Positions 28,847 to 38,363 of a stretch of DNA of 64,000 nt are shown one piece after another (positions within the stretch are counted from its first letter, which is position 1; the number at the start of each line of letters is the position of its first letter). The DNA is from a virus (Duplodnaviria; Caudoviricetes), in IMG/VR virus record IMGVR_UViG_3300046467_000865, positions 1 to 64,000 of that record; one strand, written 5' to 3'. The notes below the pieces were generated by a model, which worked only from the letters and a program-made list of their open reading frames with translations, had not been told where the DNA came from and did no database searches. Both the position numbers and the translations under genes were made by a program.

Positions 28847-29571
28847 TCACTAAGTATATTAAGTAGCTCTTTTGACTGCTCGTCAACGCTTACACCTTCG
28901 TTGTCAATTACTGCATCAAAACCTTCAAAAGTGTCTAAAGCTGTCTCGCTTAAATGTGCGTCTTCGTGAGGCGTCCTAGTAAGTCGTATGACTCTGCCTC
29001 CAGCTTGCTGGATGGCCTCTACTTCATCTGGAAAACGACAATCGCCAACAAGAGCTAACTCACTCTGCTCAGACTTAATTCTGTTGATGCAAAAATCAAC
29101 CCAAACATCCTCTTTTAAATTCCGGCAAACGTCCGTGCCGAAATACTGAAGGAACTCTCTGGCTGTGAAATTTTCCGATTGTCTATAACCGAGACAATTC
29201 ATGATTGGAGAGGGTGTATTTTTTTCTTGTTCCGACCCATAACACTGTTCGTATGTCAGGCCAAAGAAGTTAATCGCTATAGATTTTAGAGAGTCGGCAA
29301 AGTTGTAGGATTTTACAAATGGCCATATAGTATTTGAGCAATACTCAATAAATGAAGGGTCTTGACTGTGTAAGTCAAGCCTCCCCATCTGCTGAACTTC
29401 CTCTCCCTTGTCGTCTATAAAGGTTGCGTTAACCAGAAGCTGTCCTCTTTTATCTAGAGAAAACTTTTGTATAACTTGGTTTCTTTGCAACTCATAACCA
29501 TGCAAGAAATTTATGCATGTGGTTTTTCCCGCTCGTTTATGACCGCTGATGGCTAGAATTTTTTGAGTCAT
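28822..29571 (-). CDS. Deoxynucleoside monophosphate kinase (phage type)
   Basis: ISGHKRAGKT, FADSLK, REFLQYFGT, DCRFPDE, HLSE. Confidence 0.8.
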   Translation of the reverse strand: MTQKILAISGHKRAGKTTCINFLHGYELQRNQVIQKFSLDKRGQLLVNATFIDDKGEEVQQMGRLDLHSQDPSFIEYCSNTIWPFVKSYNFADSLKSIAINFFGLTYEQCYGSEQEKNTPSPIMNCLGYRQSENFTAREFLQYFGTDVCRNLKEDVWVDFCINRIKSEQSELALVGDCRFPDEVEAIQQAGGRVIRLTRTPHEDAHLSETALDTFEGFDAVIDNEGVSVDEQSKELLNILSEWGWLTSI

Positions 29572-29735
29572 GCTGCTTTAACAAATATAAAGAAGTTGAT
29601 GGACACCCACAGCAAGAGTTCAGTCCAGTAAGAGGGGACAAACCCGTGCGACACAGCGGAAATAACTGCCGCAAACATAAAGACGTAGGCTCCAAGTCTG
29701 GGGCCAATTCCCAAGCCAATATCAAGTCTAGACAT
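29568..29735 (-). CDS. Small membrane protein (55 aa)
   Basis: Two hydrophobic stretches; ATG overlaps the upstream ORF stop. Confidence 0.45.
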   Translation of the reverse strand: MSRLDIGLGIGPRLGAYVFMFAAVISAVSHGFVPSYWTELLLWVSINFFIFVKAA

Positions 29736-29862
29736 ATGTTTTACTTTTTCGGGTTTCTTCTTTAAAATCTTCCAAGTCAATCAGCCGTTTCACTTCTTCA
29801 TCCAAAGCCTTGTGCATCGCGAATAGCATTGCTCTTTTCTGTTTCTTTTTTTTCGCGGACAT
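29728..29862 (-). CDS. Small basic protein (44 aa)
   Basis: Hand translation MSAKKKKQKRAMLFAMHKALDEEVKRLID...; fills the gap after primase. Confidence 0.42.
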   Translation of the reverse strand: MSAKKKKQKRAMLFAMHKALDEEVKRLIDLEDFKEETRKSKTYV

Positions 29863-29870
29863 TTCATTTT

Positions 29871-30932
29871 CTATAGCTGCGGTTTTACGTGGGTGTTTAT
29901 TTCTTCTACGCTCATGTCGCCCACGTCTTTTTGTAGAAGATCAACAAATTTAATGTTGTACATTCTTTCGCATTGCTCAGCAATTTTGTCTCTGGCTACC
30001 AAACCGGCTTCATCAGCGTCTGTCATCACTACAAGCGTCAAGGCTCCAGAGCGCTCCAATATGATTCTTTGCTGTTCTCCTAGGGAGCAACCAAACATCC
30101 CCACTACATTATATATACCAGCTTCGTCCAACCTCCACACATCTCCCTGCCCCTCTACCAAAATCGCCACCTGACTTTCTAGAATATAATTTTTCGCATG
30201 CCAATAATTATATAGAGATGCTCCAGAATTGAATCCCTTGCTATTTAACCACTTGGGATTAAACTCAGAACTAGTGGACCTACCGACGCAGCCAACCATA
30301 TGCTCGTGATTGCCGTCATAAACTGGGACCACAACCCTGTTAGACATCGGCTTTCGAGGTGTGTCACACAAACCAACATCAAACTTGTCAAGGGTGTCTG
30401 GAAGAAACCCCCTGTCTATATAATAGTCGGCTGGTATCTTAATACGTTGTCTTATTTCTGATCTAGAGATACCTTTAGAAGGGTTTATTTGTTTGTTAAA
30501 TACTTTGCTAGCTAGTTCAACAAATTGTTGTCTATCATTCTTTTCTGAAACTTGTATGTTGTCAAAAGAAGAATCGAGAAATTTGCAGGCGAACTTTAAG
30601 GTCTCGCCAAACCCAACTTCTTCACCTTCTCTAACGCTTAATAAACCTTGCAGGAAACCTAATATGTCCTGTTTATATTGAGACTCACAGTGATGAGTCC
30701 AGCATCGCCAGTTGCCCTTGGCATAATCGCCGCTTATGAAAATGTTAAGAGCCGTCGTGTTGTCTCCTTCGTGAATGGGGCACGCGAAAGAGACGCGATT
30801 ATCAAAAAACTCATGCTCTATCTCAAAGTAGTCTAGAAGCTCCGATATTCTGTCCACTAGCTGGTCTGATATTGCTTTTATTTTTGCTCTGTTGTCACTC
30901 GGATTCGAATGGTATTTTTTCGTTGTCATCAT
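29871..30932 (-). CDS. DNA primase (Zn finger + TOPRIM)
   Basis: CPIH...WRCWTHHC, LVEGQGD, MTDADEAG. Confidence 0.9.
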   Translation of the reverse strand: MMTTKKYHSNPSDNRAKIKAISDQLVDRISELLDYFEIEHEFFDNRVSFACPIHEGDNTTALNIFISGDYAKGNWRCWTHHCESQYKQDILGFLQGLLSVREGEEVGFGETLKFACKFLDSSFDNIQVSEKNDRQQFVELASKVFNKQINPSKGISRSEIRQRIKIPADYYIDRGFLPDTLDKFDVGLCDTPRKPMSNRVVVPVYDGNHEHMVGCVGRSTSSEFNPKWLNSKGFNSGASLYNYWHAKNYILESQVAILVEGQGDVWRLDEAGIYNVVGMFGCSLGEQQRIILERSGALTLVVMTDADEAGLVARDKIAEQCERMYNIKFVDLLQKDVGDMSVEEINTHVKPQL

Positions 30933-32373
30933 TTTCTACAATAAACCCTTGAGAGTCTTGTTTGCTATTTTTTCTTAATTCGTTTCTGGTGACGCCTTCT
31001 AAAATCTTTCCAACTTCACCTATCATTGACATGTTTATATAATCCCCATCGGCTAGACCAGCGCCATGTCTAGATACCAATGGGATTAGCTTACGATTGC
31101 CGTTTTCTTCCCCATCTTCCGCCACTTCTTCTTCTGACTTATTTTTGAATATGGAAAAACTTGTGCAGAGCCAGATAAGCCTATCGGACCCACTGACAAC
31201 GTCTGTAGATTCCTTGGTGATCCCGTCTCTGTTAAGCTGGACAAAAGACAGGCATGGGCAGTCATACTGGACGCAAAAATTGTGCAATGACGTAATCTGA
31301 AATCCCAACACTTGAAATTCTTGTAGGCTTGAACTTATACTGTCTGATGTCATCAGCTTTAGGTAGTCATATATTATCATACAGTCGTTAGTTCTTCCGT
31401 TTTCATCGAACCCCACTTTTTGCGTTATCCATCTGCGCATTATCGACAAAGTTTCTTCAAACGGTTTTCCAGCAATGCTAATATAGTCGTAAGGAAGATC
31501 CTTCAGTTTTTCTGTACAGTTGTAAACCTTTTCTTTTTCTATAGCGCTTTTTGAAAAAGATCCAGTTGCTATGTTGTTAATAGTGATTCCGCTAAGATTG
31601 GATATAATTCTGTTCAGGTGGTCTTCTTTTGACATCTCTGTGTCAAGCATAAGAACAGGCATGCCAAGCTCGCCAGAAATGTGCATGGCAACATTATCGC
31701 CAAACATGCTTTTACCGACTTTTGGCCGAGCGGCAACAAGGTCTACACACTTCCTTCTAAACCCCCCACCAATTGCGGTGTCATACCTAGCGAACCCACT
31801 ACTGAGTCCCATCATCTCGCTAGGATTCTCTTCTAGATATGTTAGGTATTCTTCAATATCGTTACCCAGAGAAACCGGACGACTGTCATCCCCTCTGTTT
31901 GCAGAAGAGGAAAGCTCAAATATTGGAGCTTCAGCTATTGACAATATCTCATCTATAGTCTCTTCGCCACTAACCTCTGAGAGATCTGTATACGCCTGCT
32001 TAATCTTGGATTGTATCTCTCTGCAAAACTCAAGTTTTCTTATCTTAAGTGCGTGTTTTCTGACATTTTCTAAGTGTATGGGAAAGGTGAATATAGACCT
32101 TATGTACTCTAGCTCTTTTTTGGACTGAAGCGCTTCATAGAAGTTTAACTCGGTTGCTGATGAAAGTATAGAAGATATATCTACTTGGTCTGAATTATCA
32201 AGAACTTTTTTCAAACACTTGTAAATAATTTGATTGGATTCATGAACAAATGTACCTCCAGTAATAATATCATCAACATCAACAAGGGCGGTGTGACCAT
32301 ACTGACATATGCCCGAAAGAACCGCCCTTTCCGCAGCGGGGTCTTGCAAAGACTGTTGTTTCATATTTTTCAA
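30895..32373 (-). CDS. dnaB: Replicative DNA helicase DnaB-like
   Basis: AERAVLS, AARPKVGKS, DTEMS, IIYDYLK, VQLNR. Confidence 0.93.
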   Translation of the reverse strand: MKNMKQQSLQDPAAERAVLSGICQYGHTALVDVDDIITGGTFVHESNQIIYKCLKKVLDNSDQVDISSILSSATELNFYEALQSKKELEYIRSIFTFPIHLENVRKHALKIRKLEFCREIQSKIKQAYTDLSEVSGEETIDEILSIAEAPIFELSSSANRGDDSRPVSLGNDIEEYLTYLEENPSEMMGLSSGFARYDTAIGGGFRRKCVDLVAARPKVGKSMFGDNVAMHISGELGMPVLMLDTEMSKEDHLNRIISNLSGITINNIATGSFSKSAIEKEKVYNCTEKLKDLPYDYISIAGKPFEETLSIMRRWITQKVGFDENGRTNDCMIIYDYLKLMTSDSISSSLQEFQVLGFQITSLHNFCVQYDCPCLSFVQLNRDGITKESTDVVSGSDRLIWLCTSFSIFKNKSEEEVAEDGEENGNRKLIPLVSRHGAGLADGDYINMSMIGEVGKILEGVTRNELRKNSKQDSQGFIVENDDNEKIPFESE

Positions 32374-32858
32374 TTCCTACAGCAAGCGGTGCATCTATAA
32401 AAATCTCTAACGTGAGAAGGGTGGATTAACTCTTCCTTGCCACATACGCTACATTCTATGGCGACATCGCTTTTAGCCGCTCGCCTTACTCTGGTGACAG
32501 GTTTAATAGATTTATCATCTATCAATCCACTAGTATCTTCCGCTTCTATTGAGCCATCATCTTCAAACTTGTTTCCCCTGTCTGACAAATCCAATATTTC
32601 TTTTTTGGCCGTATGTCTTCTGGCTGTTTCTTGTGTTCCGGCGGGCATTGTAAAATCATCGTCGTCTTTTTCTACTGTCTCGCTTACATCTTTTTTATTA
32701 TCAGGGACTTTTTCAATTTCTTTAACGCTCATTCCGGCCAACTTCTCCCCCATGAATTCTTCAAGACTGTCTTGGATTAGCTTTATATCGTTTGTTAGCA
32801 CTCCTGTTTCCACATTGTCTGTAAATAATTTTATGGCGTCCATCCATTTAGGTGACAT
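32370..32858 (-). CDS. Hypothetical protein with C-terminal Zn finger
   Basis: CSVC...CTACC. Confidence 0.5.
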   Translation of the reverse strand: MSPKWMDAIKLFTDNVETGVLTNDIKLIQDSLEEFMGEKLAGMSVKEIEKVPDNKKDVSETVEKDDDDFTMPAGTQETARRHTAKKEILDLSDRGNKFEDDGSIEAEDTSGLIDDKSIKPVTRVRRAAKSDVAIECSVCGKEELIHPSHVRDFYRCTACCRN

Positions 32859-33366
32859 TATCTACCCTTCGTTTGCTTCTTTGTAACTCTAATAGAGCAT
32901 TGCCAACAGCTTGTATTTTACCCGACATGAAAGCAAGCCTGTCTGCTAGTGCGGTAGCGTAGTATAATATTTCGTTGAGCTTAGTGGCTCGTTCATCAGT
33001 TGCTATAACGATTTGTTCTTTTTCTTCGTACTTAACGTATCTGTCAAATTCATTAGAACGCTCAGCGACGACTCTTTTTATGTTGCTTTTGACCCAATTA
33101 AGCCTAGTTGTATGAGCGTTTATCTCTTGCTGGATATAAAGAGCGTATTGAGACAGCACAAAAGCCATCTCTCCGCACTCTACACTTGTTAGAGATTTAA
33201 GTTCAAAGTGTGTTAAATTCAATACCTTTTCGGCTTCTTCATTAAAGGATGCTTGATGAACCCCTTGTTTAGTTAAGTATGACTGAATTACTGATTCAAA
33301 ATTAGCTAGTTGATCTTTAACTGTTGTCAAAGAGTCTGTATCTCCATTCATCATTATTTTCTCCAT
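32848..33366 (-). CDS. Helical/coiled-coil hypothetical protein
   Basis: Heptad-like helical sequence near RecA. Confidence 0.5.
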   Translation of the reverse strand: MEKIMMNGDTDSLTTVKDQLANFESVIQSYLTKQGVHQASFNEEAEKVLNLTHFELKSLTSVECGEMAFVLSQYALYIQQEINAHTTRLNWVKSNIKRVVAERSNEFDRYVKYEEKEQIVIATDERATKLNEILYYATALADRLAFMSGKIQAVGNALLELQRSKRRVDNVT

Positions 33367-33721
33367 GAGGAAATTCTATATAGACAATACCATTAAGGGA
33401 TGCCCATCTAGCCTTTTCCCTGTCTCTTGATTGAGCCTTATAAAAATCGGCCTTGCTCTTAAAGAAGAAAGAATTGTATTCATAATGTTGAGACCCATGA
33501 ACCTCAATCATTATCTTTCTTTTTGGGATATAGAAATCCGCAAACAGCCCGCACCCCGGCAGGGAGATCTCTTCCAGTATTCTATCGTAGGGGAACTCTC
33601 CAGTCAAGAGAGATCTCGCACGTATATGGTGTTGTGAGCGCGGCCTATCGTCGTCCTTATAGGGAACATGGTTAGTCAAGTTCCACGTATATGTCTTGCC
33701 GTCTAGTCCGGTTACTTTCAT
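33317..33721 (-). CDS. DUF559/Vsr-like endonuclease
   Basis: FADFY..MIEVHGSQHY...RDREK. Confidence 0.65.
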   Translation of the reverse strand: MKVTGLDGKTYTWNLTNHVPYKDDDRPRSQHHIRARSLLTGEFPYDRILEEISLPGCGLFADFYIPKRKIMIEVHGSQHYEYNSFFFKSKADFYKAQSRDREKARWASLNGIVYIEFPHGENNDEWRYRLFDNS

Positions 33722-34752
33722 AGCATGGCTTTAATATCGGACTCTAGCAATTTTAACAGATCGGGATTTTCTTGTAGGAACTTATATAGCTTCTCTTGAC
33801 CCTGAAATTTAGTAGTGGGATCAAATTCCATAGCCTTGGCTTCTTCTTCATGATTCTCCATGAAGTTGCATGTAAACCAAGCTCCAGCTTTAGAGATCAG
33901 GCCAAAATCTGCTCCTAAATTGATCCATTCACAAACACTATCAATACCCTTGCCATATCTAAGATAGCTATCTACTACTGCTCCCGGTGGACCCAAGGCA
34001 GAATGTTCTACGGTCCAAGAAATTATCTGTCCAATTGGGGTGTCGGAGTTTCCAACGCTCCATTTCTTGACACTCTTGGCTCTTAGCTTGATGTCAGACT
34101 GGTATTTGATTTTCTGTCCACCATCTTCAATATAAGCCTTTCCATATCCACTAGTGTTGGCAATTAAGTGTTGGATAATAATAATGATGGTGTTTTGTAT
34201 GGGAACCACTGTACCCATTTGTTTGCAGAAAGAGGATAATAGCTTGGGCGTCCCGGCTCTAGTCTGTCCGTTTATCTCGCTAAGCATCTCCTTCTCTGGA
34301 GATAGCGCAGAGGCAGAGTCTATTATAACTACGCAGCCCGGATGATCCTTGATGATGTTGGTTGCGATAGTCAAGAAGTCTTCTGCTGTTAAGATGTTGC
34401 CCTGAGTGGACTGTATTAGTTTTAACTTGTCAGGATTTAACCCCTCTACACCGCTTAGGTTCATTTTTTTGAATCTGCCCTCGGCGTTTAAATAGTACAC
34501 CATCCTCCCGCCAGCTTCTTCGGTTTGGCAGTTCGCAGCTATTTGCAAAGCCGTCGTAGTCTTCCCGCACTTTGGTGCGCCAGACAGAATAACCCAGCTA
34601 CCTTCTGGGATTCCTCCGTTCAACCCAATGTCTATTGCAGGACTGACAGGGATAGTGAAAATATCTTCTTCTATCACGAGATTTGAATCAATCATAATCT
34701 CGCCATATTTCTTAATGATGTCTTTTTCTACTTTGTCATAATATTCATTCAT
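33718..34752 (-). CDS. recA: RecA/UvsX-like recombinase
   Basis: AIDIGLNGGIPEG, GAPKCGKTT, IIDSASAL, GGQKIKY. Confidence 0.9.
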   Translation of the reverse strand: MNEYYDKVEKDIIKKYGEIMIDSNLVIEEDIFTIPVSPAIDIGLNGGIPEGSWVILSGAPKCGKTTTALQIAANCQTEEAGGRMVYYLNAEGRFKKMNLSGVEGLNPDKLKLIQSTQGNILTAEDFLTIATNIIKDHPGCVVIIDSASALSPEKEMLSEINGQTRAGTPKLLSSFCKQMGTVVPIQNTIIIIIQHLIANTSGYGKAYIEDGGQKIKYQSDIKLRAKSVKKWSVGNSDTPIGQIISWTVEHSALGPPGAVVDSYLRYGKGIDSVCEWINLGADFGLISKAGAWFTCNFMENHEEEAKAMEFDPTTKFQGQEKLYKFLQENPDLLKLLESDIKAML

Positions 34753-35182
34753 TGTCTAAATCTCTTAGTTTGGATAGATTGCTCTTGCTTCCAAAAGGCT
34801 TTCTGGGCTTATGACTATTGTCTACTTTCTTGATGACAGAGTCTTTATCGTCTGACCGTTTAAGAGATTCCTCTTCTTTTTTGATCAGATTTTCTAAGCC
34901 GGGAAATCTCAGAGAATAGATGTATTTCCCTCTACTGCTTTTCAGAGCCTTGATGATTGCTCTCTCGTCGTGCTTTTTGACGAGGCGGTTAGCTAAAATT
35001 ATTTGGTGGGTATAGGACTTCTTCCACTTTTCTGTGTTCCAAAATTTGTACGCGGGGGTTCCAACGTTGTCCTTCTCTGCTTGTCTTTGGCAAATTAATT
35101 CGGCTATGTATTGAGCGGCTGTGCAATATTCGCCTGTTGATGGGGATTTATACTTACTTCGATCACTTCTTTGTTTCGCCAC
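34745..35182 (-). CDS. Hypothetical basic protein
   Basis: Coupled ORF. Confidence 0.55.
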   Translation of the reverse strand: MAKQRSDRSKYKSPSTGEYCTAAQYIAELICQRQAEKDNVGTPAYKFWNTEKWKKSYTHQIILANRLVKKHDERAIIKALKSSRGKYIYSLRFPGLENLIKKEEESLKRSDDKDSVIKKVDNSHKPRKPFGSKSNLSKLRDLDNE

Positions 35183-35621
35183 TTAAAGCGCCTTTCTTGG
35201 TAATCAAACATTCTATGGGAACATCGTTTACGTCTCTGGTCTCTGCAAAGTCAGATGTTAACTGAGGGACACCCCATGATGTCACCCGTAAAACACCTTC
35301 GTTTAACACGCCAATGATATACGAATGAATTGTATCTCCTCCGTAGAGAAACCCACCCGCTGATTTGCAAAAATAATATCCATCAGCGCCTTTTTCCATC
35401 TCAATTTTATTTGTTCCATTTTGTATATACATATCTGTGATATAGCAGTCGTTTTCTTTGCAATGCTGTCCTAGTCTCAACCAAGCGCTAGGCGGCTCTG
35501 CCCCTTCTCTATCGTCGTCTTGTATGACATCTTCCCCAGTAGAAAGAGTTGCGACCCACACGCTTTGCTTTTCAAATAACTGGGCGGTATACAAATCAGG
35601 AGCGGTACAAATATTAACCAT
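35163..35621 (-). CDS. Hypothetical protein
   Basis: Coupled ORF. Confidence 0.55.
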   Translation of the reverse strand: MVNICTAPDLYTAQLFEKQSVWVATLSTGEDVIQDDDREGAEPPSAWLRLGQHCKENDCYITDMYIQNGTNKIEMEKGADGYYFCKSAGGFLYGGDTIHSYIIGVLNEGVLRVTSWGVPQLTSDFAETRDVNDVPIECLITKKGALSGETKK

Positions 35622-35622
35622 G

Positions 35623-35958
35623 TTATGTTTCCTTTTTTATCTTATGCATAACATTGGGGTTAAATGTGTTTTTTTGACTGGGGGGTGAATCATCTCCAGA
35701 CATTGACGCCTCCTGCGACATTATAGAAACTCCATACTTTTCGTTTCTAATCATCAAGTCTCCAGCATTAGGCTCTTCGCTCTTGGCTTTTGCTATATGG
35801 CTAGAAACTTCTTTTTTAGTAGAAGCCAAGTGCTTTTCTACGGCTTTGACAGACCGGCCAATATCCTTTGCTATTTCTTTTGTCGGTTGACTTGAACAAT
35901 TTTGTTCTATGTAAAACTTTTCTACTTTTGAAAGTGGTCCTTTACCTTTGGCTGTCAT
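35623..35958 (-). CDS. Putative HTH DNA-binding protein
   Basis: TKEIAKDIGRSVKAVEKHL helix-turn-helix pattern. Confidence 0.5.
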   Translation of the reverse strand: MTAKGKGPLSKVEKFYIEQNCSSQPTKEIAKDIGRSVKAVEKHLASTKKEVSSHIAKAKSEEPNAGDLMIRNEKYGVSIMSQEASMSGDDSPPSQKNTFNPNVMHKIKKET

Positions 35959-36298
35959 CTATTATCATCCTTTCAGCATGTGTTAGGTATCTAGAGTTTC
36001 TACTGGCCAGATATTTCATATATCTCGACCAAACAGAAAATGAAACTTTTTTCCAATCCCAATCTCCAGTTCTTTGTTTTCCAGCATAAGTACCCCATGG
36101 ATCAAAGATCTTCCCCCTACCAAACTTAAGATAGTATGTTGAAGACAGAGCAGTTCCTATCTCCTTATCTACTTGCTTTGCGTAACATTTCTTGTCTTCA
36201 ACATCGCACGCACGGGCTTCCATGGTGTATCCAAACCACAACCTTTTAATAGGTTCTGGCGCTTGGAAATCTAAATTTTCATTCTCATGTCTAGACAT
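35942..36298 (-). CDS. Hypothetical protein
   Basis: Coupled ORF. Confidence 0.55.
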   Translation of the reverse strand: MSRHENENLDFQAPEPIKRLWFGYTMEARACDVEDKKCYAKQVDKEIGTALSSTYYLKFGRGKIFDPWGTYAGKQRTGDWDWKKVSFSVWSRYMKYLASRNSRYLTHAERMIIDDSQR

Positions 36299-36608
36299 CG
36301 ATTTTCCTCACACGAATTAGAAATGAGTCTCCTAGATCGTCTTGATCGGCGCTAGCCAACAGAACCCCCTTGGCTGGCGCGATATAGAACTCGCCAGTCA
36401 TGGTTTTGGTAAAACTTGTATCTCCACAGAAAGGACACTCACATCGTACTTCTATTTTCTTATCGACATTGTCCTTGACTTTAACAATTCTACAAAGGTC
36501 TCTTTCGCAGTTAGAGCAAGAAAGTTCTATAGAATCGGTAATAGTCTGTGCTTTTGTTTTTTCCTCTTCGCCACCGCCACTGTTAAAGCCTTGAGAAAAA
36601 CTTGTCAT
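36291..36608 (-). CDS. Zinc-ribbon protein
   Basis: CSNC...CPFC. Confidence 0.55.
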   Translation of the reverse strand: MTSFSQGFNSGGGEEEKTKAQTITDSIELSCSNCERDLCRIVKVKDNVDKKIEVRCECPFCGDTSFTKTMTGEFYIAPAKGVLLASADQDDLGDSFLIRVRKIDV

Positions 36609-36610
36609 AT

Positions 36611-36841
36611 CTAATCTCCGTCATGAAATTCCCTGATTTTTTGATGCAATCTTCTTATACAGTCATATTTGTTTTTACCTTTTACAACAACTGGTATTAA
36701 GCTGGCCATTACGCCAAGCTCCGCAAGCTCTTCTTTACTCATTTGCCTAGGAGAACACTCTCCCGTCTTTTCAACTTCGTGTACGTTGATCATCATTGTA
36801 ACTATTGCTTGATGGGGAGCAGTCTTCTCAGTATTTGCCAT
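36611..36841 (-). CDS. Hypothetical protein (76 aa)
   Basis: Coupled ORF. Confidence 0.5.
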   Translation of the reverse strand: MANTEKTAPHQAIVTMMINVHEVEKTGECSPRQMSKEELAELGVMASLIPVVVKGKNKYDCIRRLHQKIREFHDGD

Positions 36842-37218
36842 TACTTCTGGCCTTTCTTAATGTAGCTTATCTTTTGCTCTGGGGTCATTTTTTTAATTTC
36901 CCTAGTATTAGCAGCAGCGTCTTTAACATACCAAGGCTGTTCAGTTTTCCCCTTAGCCTCTTTCGCTTTATTGTTTGCCTCTTCTTGTATTCCGCGTTTA
37001 TCGCCTAATTCGTATCTTCCCATTTTTTCTGTATTTCTTTCAGCCAAATGTCCAATTGTTTTCGCCTCCCCTTTGACAAAAACAAACGGAGTCCCAAGAA
37101 CGCGCTTTAATCTACTCTTTTTACACTCTGGACATTTTCTTTTGGCCTTGTCCTTCATAGATTGAACTATTTCAAAAGAGTGGTCGCAGTTGTTACATTT
37201 ATATTCATATGTAGGCAT
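36841..37218 (-). CDS. FmdB-family zinc-ribbon regulatory protein
   Basis: MPTYEYKCNNCDHSFEIVQSM...CPEC; start moved to ATG 37218 (TAATG overlap). Confidence 0.8.
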   Translation of the reverse strand: MPTYEYKCNNCDHSFEIVQSMKDKAKRKCPECKKSRLKRVLGTPFVFVKGEAKTIGHLAERNTEKMGRYELGDKRGIQEEANNKAKEAKGKTEQPWYVKDAAANTREIKKMTPEQKISYIKKGQK

Positions 37219-37502
37219 TACAGCATCTTTTTTATGTCTTTGATTATAGATTGAACACCGTCGTGGTCTTTGTTTTCTTGAGCTTCTACTACCTGCTCGC
37301 AAACATGTCTTAAATTGATAAGATTTTCTGACAGGAATATTAACACGTTTCCCTGTATCATATCGCTTTTCGTGCCTATATCTTTAATTCTATGCAGGTC
37401 TTCTAGCTTAAAAACTTTGAAGGGCTTGCCTTCAAAATTTTTCATACTGTATCTTTTTTCAAACTTTCTTTTTCTTTTAAATAACGAATCGAACATGCTC
37501 AT
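37218..37502 (-). CDS. Hypothetical protein
   Basis: Start at the ATGA overlap with the upstream stop. Confidence 0.5.
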   Translation of the reverse strand: MSMFDSLFKRKRKFEKRYSMKNFEGKPFKVFKLEDLHRIKDIGTKSDMIQGNVLIFLSENLINLRHVCEQVVEAQENKDHDGVQSIIKDIKKML

Positions 37503-37834
37503 TGTTGTAGGCTCCACAAAACAAACATCTGCATAAGGACTACTCCAATAATAGAGGCCCAAGCAAAGCGTTTGTTCCACTGGTATAGCATGACAAGGAT
37601 CCCAAGAGCAAGTGTCGTTCCGGCGGTTTTTATCCCCATAAACAAAGCTATATCTCCACCGTCAACCCGTATGAGCCATCTTCCTACTGGATTCATTTCA
37701 AGATCAAGTAGGTACTCTTGAGTTTTTATAGACATGTATATATCAATAGCAGACGCAAAGCCTATAAAAAGCCATAGCTCGGCGTATGTTACTGCGTAGG
37801 CGTATTTGTTAAATAGCCTTATAAGAGTTTTCAT
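37499..37834 (-). CDS. Membrane protein (DUF5658-like)
   Basis: Three hydrophobic segments; D..S.....EMNP motif. Confidence 0.5.
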   Translation of the reverse strand: MKTLIRLFNKYAYAVTYAELWLFIGFASAIDIYMSIKTQEYLLDLEMNPVGRWLIRVDGGDIALFMGIKTAGTTLALGILVMLYQWNKRFAWASIIGVVLMQMFVLWSLQQ

Positions 37835-37836
37835 GA

Positions 37837-38241
37837 TTATTCTGGATTGCCATACCTGTCTTTACCTTCTAGATTAGATACTTCCTCCCAAACATCGGAC
37901 CAGCCAGACTCATCATCTCCGCGAACCCTAGCAGCTTTATCGTCTATGTATATCACGCCAGCGGGTTTTCCCATATAAGCATGATGATATTTAACACCGC
38001 GTGCTTCTAGCCAGTCTGTCCATTCCTTATATCCACGCTCATATTGGCGATGGATATTACCCTTCTCTCTGTCTCCATATCTAGCAGTGTATAGAGTTAT
38101 AGTATATCCCATGTCATAAAGTTTATTAACTTGGTCTATGCCGTGTTGTAGTGGTCCAGCCTGACTGTAATCACCACCATGGTTCTTATCTGCTATAACG
38201 CCATCGCAGTCTACTATTAATGTTTTAACTGAATCAGCCAT
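37837..38241 (-). CDS. Small HAD-family phosphatase (capsule-locus type)
   Basis: VDCDGVI, LYTAR, MGKP...YIDDKA; strong AGGAGG SD. Confidence 0.78.
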   Translation of the reverse strand: MADSVKTLIVDCDGVIADKNHGGDYSQAGPLQHGIDQVNKLYDMGYTITLYTARYGDREKGNIHRQYERGYKEWTDWLEARGVKYHHAYMGKPAGVIYIDDKAARVRGDDESGWSDVWEEVSNLEGKDRYGNPE

Positions 38242-38257
38242 GGTCTCCTCCTCGCTT

Positions 38258-38266
38258 ATATTATAC
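38258..38266 (-). promoter_or_regulatory. Putative promoter -10 element GTATAATAT
   Basis: Between the tRNA 3' end and the HAD gene SD; same 9-mer at three other gene boundaries. Confidence 0.6.
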
Positions 38267-38289
38267 CGTCCAGATGACGTGGATGCACG

Positions 38290-38363
38290 TACCCTCGACA
38301 GGACTCGAACCTGTAACCTACGGTTTAGAAGACCGTTGCTCTATCCTGTTGAGCTACGAAGGC
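38290..38363 (-). tRNA. tRNA-Arg(UCU), CCA not encoded
   Basis: Cloverleaf GCCTTCG / GCTC-GAGC D arm / ACGGT-CTTCTAA-ACCGT anticodon arm / ACAGG-TTCGAGT-CCTGT T arm / CGAGGGT-A; 74 nt. Confidence 0.95.

Noticed and set aside
38290-38363. tRNA as a prophage attachment site
   Set aside because: No integrase and no duplicated tRNA 3' fragment found in the window
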